A stretch of DNA of 20,000 bases from an uncultured virus (IMG/VR IMGVR_UViG_3300042564_002756). Lineage: Duplodnaviria; Heunggongvirae; Uroviricota; Caudoviricetes. The notes beneath the pieces were generated by a model. The model was given only the letters and a program-made list of their open reading frames with translations, did no database searches and had not been told where the DNA came from. Every line of letters starts with the position of its first letter. The first letter of the stretch is position 1. The stretch covers positions 117,361-137,360 of the IMG/VR virus record IMGVR_UViG_3300042564_002756; one strand, written 5' to 3'. Both the position numbers and the translations under genes were made by a program. This document shows, piece by piece, positions 15,663-20,000 of this stretch.

Positions 15663-17083
15663 AATATATCCTCTGCTTCTTTCAATTTCTTTTTCCGTTT
15701 ACTTGACACATCAGCCCATTCATCATTAAATGCACTTTTGTCAAATACAGGTTTATCTTCATCTTTGGTAGTTTTACTTTCAGACATTACTTTGTTTTGT
15801 GCATCTTCCTCCAGATCAAAGATTTTCATTTTTGCACGGTCGATACCAACCATGAATCTCTTGTAATATGATAAATCACCCCATCGGTTTTTCAATTGTT
15901 TTATCATCAATTGTTTACGTTCTTCAAGTTCCTCATTACTGATTAAACCAAAAATAGCATCAGCTGTATGAGCTATACCCATGGATTCTGATGTATTGGA
16001 CAAGTCAACATCAGAACTGTCATACGCGCTACGGTTAAATTGTGATGATGTGACAATAGCAACACCAAATTCCATTGCAAGACCACGAACTTCTTCGGCA
16101 ATAGATTTAACCAATGTGTATGAATTTGCAGAAGCAGCACCTTTGACACGAGATGACGAACAGATATTTAAATAGTCAATAAAGATGATATCCGGCGTAA
16201 AATTTTTCTTGAGTCTAAGTTCGTTTAATAGATGTCGAAAATGTCCAGAATGTGCAGAACCAGTTGGATATTCTTTGATGATTAATTTACCAGGTGTTTT
16301 ACTTTTGATTTTATTGACACGAGATTGGTATACTTCCTTTGGTAATACCAATAAATCATCAAGTCTAGTATCTAATAAATTAGCATCTATTCGGCGGGCA
16401 ACTTCTTCCTCGGGTAGTTCCATTGTAATATATAAAACATTTCTTCCGAACATCAAACTTGTCGCTGCCAAGTGACATTTAATAAGTGATTTACCACCAC
16501 CAGTCGTAGCAAGTAAAACTGTCATTGACTTTCTTGGAAGGCCACCTTTTGTAATTTTATTGAAGATATCAATGTCAAATGATAGACGCTCTTCTTTTCT
16601 GTGATAATATTCATACCGATCATCAAAATCCTCAAGAAAATCGTGACCTACACTGCTGTCAAAACTGATACCCAATGAATCTGATAATAGTTTAGGTAGA
16701 GCACCTTTATCAAAATCTTTATCTTGACCATCTAGAATTAGAATTGCTTTGCGGATTGAGTTATAAAGATCTTTGTCTTGACAGAATTTTTCTGTTTCAC
16801 TTAAGAGCCATTCTTGATTTGTATTATTATCAATAGCAAGTTCATCAATAGATTTGCATACCTCTTTATATGCATCTTCATTCAAGTCTTTTCGATTGTC
16901 AATGGAAATTTTAAGTGCTTCAATCGACGGAGGTTCTTTATACTTTTCTACATACTCCGAATAAGTAGAAAAGATCTTTTTGTGCGTATTTTCATCGAAA
17001 TACTCATCTTTAATATAAGGGAAAACCTTGCGGGAAAATTCTTCATTAAATAAAAGATTCGAAATAATTGTCTTTTCTATCAT
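15659..17083 (-). CDS. 41: gp41-like DnaB-family replicative DNA helicase
   Basis: Walker A ATTGGGKS, YITMEL, IIKEYPTG, Walker B IFIDYLNI, SIAEEVRGLA, SQFNR, TSES and QLKNRW. ATG 17083 is preferred over GTG 17104 because GAGGTGG precedes it. Confidence 0.95.
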   Translation of the reverse strand: MIEKTIISNLLFNEEFSRKVFPYIKDEYFDENTHKKIFSTYSEYVEKYKEPPSIEALKISIDNRKDLNEDAYKEVCKSIDELAIDNNTNQEWLLSETEKFCQDKDLYNSIRKAILILDGQDKDFDKGALPKLLSDSLGISFDSSVGHDFLEDFDDRYEYYHRKEERLSFDIDIFNKITKGGLPRKSMTVLLATTGGGKSLIKCHLAATSLMFGRNVLYITMELPEEEVARRIDANLLDTRLDDLLVLPKEVYQSRVNKIKSKTPGKLIIKEYPTGSAHSGHFRHLLNELRLKKNFTPDIIFIDYLNICSSSRVKGAASANSYTLVKSIAEEVRGLAMEFGVAIVTSSQFNRSAYDSSDVDLSNTSESMGIAHTADAIFGLISNEELEERKQLMIKQLKNRWGDLSYYKRFMVGIDRAKMKIFDLEEDAQNKVMSESKTTKDEDKPVFDKSAFNDEWADVSSKRKKKLKEAEDIL

Positions 17084-17108
17084 AAACCACCTCTTTGGAA
17101 ACAAATTA

Positions 17109-17134
17109 TGCTCTGATCATTGCTGATCAGAGCA
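17109..17134 (-). terminator. Perfect 11-bp hairpin with GCAA tetraloop (terminator or mRNA stability/processing element)
   Basis: Minus strand TGCTCTGATCA-GCAA-TGATCAGAGCA, followed by only a weak U-tract (TAATTTGT). Lies between uvsX-C and gene 41. Confidence 0.55.
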
Positions 17135-17156
17135 GTCTTAAATCATAATAACATAC

Positions 17157-17708
17157 TTATTCGTCGATGTCAACATCTTCTTCATCATCGTCAATACGTG
17201 TTTGTGATCCACCAGATCCACCACCAGTCAATTTAAACTTACGTTCAACATAGTCTTTAAAAACTTTGTCTTTGATTAGATTTTCAAAGTATGCATCATT
17301 ATTCTCAATGTCTTTTGCACGATAACTCTTTTCAGAGATTTCACCGGTTTCCATATCCACAGTCTGATACCAACCAACTTTTGGTTTAATAATGTGTCCA
17401 GATTCTTGAGCAAGCTCAAATAGTGAGGACCATTTATAGATACCGCTGTCAAAGAATACACTGAATGGAAGCTTTGACTTTTCCTTGACATAACGAGACT
17501 TTTCAATGTTGATAGTAAATTTGAAACCCGCGAGTTCAGTTCCATCTTTCTCCTGTGATTTGGAGATGATAAAGATTTGGTTGGCCGAGTAATAGATACC
17601 AGTATTATGTGTTACTACTCCATTTCTTAGAATATAATGTTCGACTTCGTTTACAGATAAATCGTAAACAGGCTTTTTACCTACACTTTTAATTTGCGAT
17701 ATTTTCAT
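17157..17708 (-). CDS. uvsX: Split-intein C-fragment (35 aa) fused to the C-terminal part of UvsX/RecA recombinase
   Basis: MKISQIKSVGKKPVYDLSV...HYILRNGVVTHN (intein blocks F and G, terminal His-Asn) is followed by TGIYYSANQIFII...IEKSRYVKEK, the UvsX C-terminal half. Own SD AAGGA. Confidence 0.92.
   Translation of the reverse strand: MKISQIKSVGKKPVYDLSVNEVEHYILRNGVVTHNTGIYYSANQIFIISKSQEKDGTELAGFKFTINIEKSRYVKEKSKLPFSVFFDSGIYKWSSLFELAQESGHIIKPKVGWYQTVDMETGEISEKSYRAKDIENNDAYFENLIKDKVFKDYVERKFKLTGGGSGGSQTRIDDDEEDVDIDE
17604..17708 (-). mobile_element. Split intein, C-fragment (IntC)
   Basis: VYDLSV (block F) and VVTHN (block G); the +1 residue is Thr at 17601-17603. Confidence 0.92.
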
Positions 17709-18591
17709 CTTTTTTCCTTTTGTTGTTATTCCAACCCTGATAAAGTCTACCGAACTTCCACCCTTCTGGCAATTCTTTTTCTGACTTTATCTTTATGTTT
17801 TCTATACCATTATTAATCCATTTGCTACCAGTGGATTTTTTTTCTGATAATGTGTAAGGATTAACCCACAGTTTTTTGTCATATGAATCTGATAAATCTT
17901 TATGGATTCTTACAGTTGCACCTGTTTCTTTATTTTTTAACATAATAAGATTTTTTCTTCCTATTTTCTTTTTATGTTCTTCAGATTTAGGTTTTTTTGC
18001 TATATTTTCAATCCATTCTTGAACTTTCTCAGGAGACCTAGTTTCTCTGCTATTGGCGATTGCAATTTTACTTCTAGTTTCGTCAGAATGAGTTTTTCCA
18101 TAAAATCCATTTTTATCACCCGAAGATCCTCTTTTCTTTCTTTCCTCTGAGGTTAAAATAGTACCTTTAGAAACACCTACATATTCACCGTTTAGAACTT
18201 TTTTATGATTTCTTGGCAACCTTACTGTTTTACCTGTTCTGGTATTTTTATATGTTGCGTAATCTGAATCACTAAAAGTATTTACTGATGCTAATGATAA
18301 ATTAAAATATTCTGTATCTGCAACAACATCTAAGTGTTTTTGTATTTCATACTCATACTTTAATGTTTCTTTATAATCTTCAAACGTGGCTAAAATTTCA
18401 GTTTCAATAATATCTTCATTTATGTAATCTTTAAAAAATTTATAAGTCGAAGAACCATAGTATGGTTTATTTCTTTTATCATAAATAACACCCTCAAATA
18501 GTGTTGAATTTGATTTAGAACCTATATACATATATGGTTCTTCGCCTCTTTCTTTGCGTTTTGTAAAAGTAAGTTTATATACACAGTGCAT
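17689..18591 (-). CDS. Free-standing GIY-YIG homing endonuclease with NUMOD3-like DNA-binding repeats
   Basis: CVY...YIGS, YYGSS, a conserved E and YFN in the catalytic domain, then NGFYGKTHSDETRSKIA and KSEEHKKKIG (NUMOD3-like) and a C-terminal KWINNG...LPEGWKFGR module. Confidence 0.88.
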   Translation of the reverse strand: MHCVYKLTFTKRKERGEEPYMYIGSKSNSTLFEGVIYDKRNKPYYGSSTYKFFKDYINEDIIETEILATFEDYKETLKYEYEIQKHLDVVADTEYFNLSLASVNTFSDSDYATYKNTRTGKTVRLPRNHKKVLNGEYVGVSKGTILTSEERKKRGSSGDKNGFYGKTHSDETRSKIAIANSRETRSPEKVQEWIENIAKKPKSEEHKKKIGRKNLIMLKNKETGATVRIHKDLSDSYDKKLWVNPYTLSEKKSTGSKWINNGIENIKIKSEKELPEGWKFGRLYQGWNNNKRKKDENIAN

Positions 18592-18594
18592 TTT

Positions 18595-18635
18595 GGTATC
18601 CTTAGTTAACAGTATAGTAGATACCTGTATTTATA
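18595..18635 (-). promoter_or_regulatory. Late promoter TATAAATA (18628-18635) plus an RBS-overlapping hairpin (18595-18625) of the endonuclease gene
   Basis: Minus strand reads TATAAATA CA GGTATCT ACTATACTGTTAACTAA GGATACC AAA ATG. GGTATC and GATACC are complementary, and the 3' arm overlaps the SD AAGGA. Confidence 0.7.
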
Positions 18636-18638
18636 AAT

Positions 18639-19544
18639 TTAAAGAACTGTGCAATCAATTCCTACTGTTAGATCTTTGGCTTCTACCCATTTACCATTAA
18701 CTAAAAACTTATGCTTATCGGAAACAGTAACTGTATAACCATCCTCAAATGTAATTTCATAACACTCTGGCATACCATCTTCTAGAGTATCTGGGTTCCA
18801 CACGTGAGTCACAATTTGCTCGCCACTGAGTGTAATAACTTTTTCACCCACATTAAAATCTTCTACCTTTTTCAACCCGTCTGGTGTTTGTATTTCAGTA
18901 CCCGCAACAACACAACCACCAGAAACAATAGCCTTTGGATAAAGACCCATTTCCTGATAGATATGATTGACGGCAAGACATGGGATATTCTTTGTAGTCA
19001 AGTGCGGAGTGATAATGCGGAACAAAGATTTTAGACTCTTTGCACGTGACATATCAGCAACTGACTTTTCATTTTCTGCATCTTCTACTTCTTTCTTGGA
19101 AGCAAGGTTACCGATAGAGTCAATCATAATAAAGACATTATCCTTTTTATCTACTTCTTGTAGACGTTGGACAATATCAAATTTAAGCTGTTCAACATTT
19201 TCAAGTGGTATGTGAATAACGCGGTTACTATCAATATTAAAACTTTCAAGATAATCGGGCGTGATACCAAATTCTGAGTCATAAAGAATAGCAACACCTT
19301 CTTTATACTTATCAAGATATGCTTTCATACAATATAGTGATAGCATGGTTTTAAAGCTCTTCGAAGCACCAGCAACTACTGTTAGACCTGGTAGCAAACC
19401 ACCTTCAAGTGAACCACTGAATGCAATGTTTAAGATCGGAAGATCTGTAGGGATTATATCTTTAGCGTTAAAGAATGTTGATTTGGAAAGTACTGATGCA
19501 GCTTTGATATTACCTGCTTTTAACATTTTTTCTAATAGACTCAT
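18639..19544 (-). CDS. uvsX: N-terminal part of UvsX/RecA recombinase (210 aa) fused to a split-intein N-fragment (91 aa)
   Basis: LNIAFSG, Walker A AGASKSFKT, YDSEFG, Walker B MIDSIGNL, DMSRAK and AVNHIY...IVSGG, then CVVAGTEI (intein block A) ... VSDKHKFL (block B) ... WVEAKDL, stop. Confidence 0.93.
   Translation of the reverse strand: MSLLEKMLKAGNIKAASVLSKSTFFNAKDIIPTDLPILNIAFSGSLEGGLLPGLTVVAGASKSFKTMLSLYCMKAYLDKYKEGVAILYDSEFGITPDYLESFNIDSNRVIHIPLENVEQLKFDIVQRLQEVDKKDNVFIMIDSIGNLASKKEVEDAENEKSVADMSRAKSLKSLFRIITPHLTTKNIPCLAVNHIYQEMGLYPKAIVSGGCVVAGTEIQTPDGLKKVEDFNVGEKVITLSGEQIVTHVWNPDTLEDGMPECYEITFEDGYTVTVSDKHKFLVNGKWVEAKDLTVGIDCTVL
18642..18914 (-). mobile_element. Split intein, N-fragment (IntN)
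   Basis: Cys1 codon at 18912-18914 (residue 211). Block A, block B SDKH, no internal endonuclease domain, ends at the stop codon. Confidence 0.92.
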
Positions 19545-19825
19545 CTATGAATTCCTTCTACAATTCGTTTTAATTTTTCTTTATATTCTTGGATTTTTTC
19601 AACTCTGTTTGGCCAATGTATTGTTGATTTTTCTGGATTTTTACAAAGATTATCCAAGAAAGGAATAATTGATGAATATAGAAGTTTGAGTCTATCTTCT
19701 AAATCTTCTATTTTTTCTTTATCACCGCGGATAACTGCCCCTAGGCTTTCCTTGACCTCATGTACTTCTTCATCAGCAAAACTAAAACCAAAATCAAAGT
19801 CTTCTATTTTAGCCTCTTTTTTCAT
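19541..19825 (-). CDS. Hypothetical phage protein
   Basis: 94 aa, SD GAGAGG, ATGA overlap with uvsX-N. DFDFGFSF and IHWPNR motifs. Confidence 0.75.
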   Translation of the reverse strand: MKKEAKIEDFDFGFSFADEEVHEVKESLGAVIRGDKEKIEDLEDRLKLLYSSIIPFLDNLCKNPEKSTIHWPNRVEKIQEYKEKLKRIVEGIHR

Positions 19826-19883
19826 GTGTATATCCTCTCATTAAAGTATACAATAAACTCGATTGAATCGAGTGAATGTTAAT

Positions 19884-19907
19884 TGGAGAGGGAATTAACC
19901 CTCTCCA
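19884..19907 (-). terminator. Hairpin downstream of the SSB gene (probable terminator)
   Basis: TGGAGAGGG-TTAATT-CCCTCTCCA, a 9-bp stem 16 nt after the stop. The U-tract is weak. Confidence 0.55.
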
Positions 19908-19923
19908 TCTTTAAGTTGTGATT

Positions 19924-20000
19924 TTAGGTCTTTGAAAGGTTTCTGAAGAACTCTAGATCATCTTCATCTTCGTCAGTTGAAGCGGCTTGTTCTTTCATTG
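19924..20000 (-). CDS. 3' end of a probable gp32-like single-stranded DNA-binding protein
   Basis: Manual translation ...MKEQAASTDEDEDDLEFFRNLSKT*: an acidic tail ending in an amphipathic DDLxFF..L motif typical of T4-like gp32 C-termini, in a replication-gene context. Confidence 0.6.
   Translation of the reverse strand, partial: MKEQAASTDEDEDDLEFFRNLSKT

Noticed and set aside
17084..17104. GTG start for the helicase at 17104
   Set aside because: It abuts the hairpin and has no SD, whereas ATG 17083 is preceded by GAGGTGG.
17709..18641. Group I intron carrying the GIY-YIG ORF, as in T4 td
   Set aside because: There are only 47 non-coding nt on one side and a gene overlap on the other, leaving no room for a ribozyme core. 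IntN ends in a stop and IntC has its own ATG and SD.
17157..19544. uvsX pseudogene disrupted by a mobile element
   Set aside because: Both halves are intact, the exteins join seamlessly, and the splicing residues (Cys1, block B His, block F Asp, His-Asn, Thr+1) are retained.
288..19668. Plus-strand ORFs and nested alternative-frame minus ORFs in the track (e.g. 509..874, 11004..11321, 12947..13324, 17276..17545, 19345..19668)
   Set aside because: All overlap well-supported minus-strand genes, have no recognisable motifs, and are typical antisense or frame shadows.
1..20000. CRISPR array, tRNA or rRNA genes
   Set aside because: No regularly spaced repeats or cloverleaf-like sequences were seen by eye. 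Intergenic gaps are short and accounted for by promoters and hairpins.

Overview
A 20 kb, AT-rich segment of a T4-like (large myovirus-type) bacteriophage genome in which all credible genes lie on the minus strand. Reading in the direction of transcription (right to left): the acidic C-terminus of a gp32-like SSB, a hypothetical gene, and a uvsX/recA recombinase fractured into two ORFs that carry the N- and C-halves of a naturally split intein. A free-standing GIY-YIG/NUMOD3 homing endonuclease with its own late promoter sits between the two halves. Next come the gp41 helicase and a late operon (PD-(D/E)XK-like nuclease, HAD phosphatase, KxDG ligase-like protein, fibre-like protein, YkgJ Cys-cluster protein). 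These are followed by a DUF1127(+DUF3563-like) gene with a chain of three translationally coupled micro-ORFs, then a nine-gene sugar-modification cassette (three GT29 sialyltransferase-like paralogues, other glycosyltransferases, and an oxidoreductase/aminotransferase/LpxA-like trio). The window ends with an 889-aa cytidyltransferase-like mosaic protein and two more small late genes. Five ORFs share an N-terminal M-x-x-F-K-x-F/Y-x-x-E motif resembling the T4 capsid-targeting sequence, which suggests a head-packaged enzyme set. All family assignments come from motif recognition by eye; no database searches were run.
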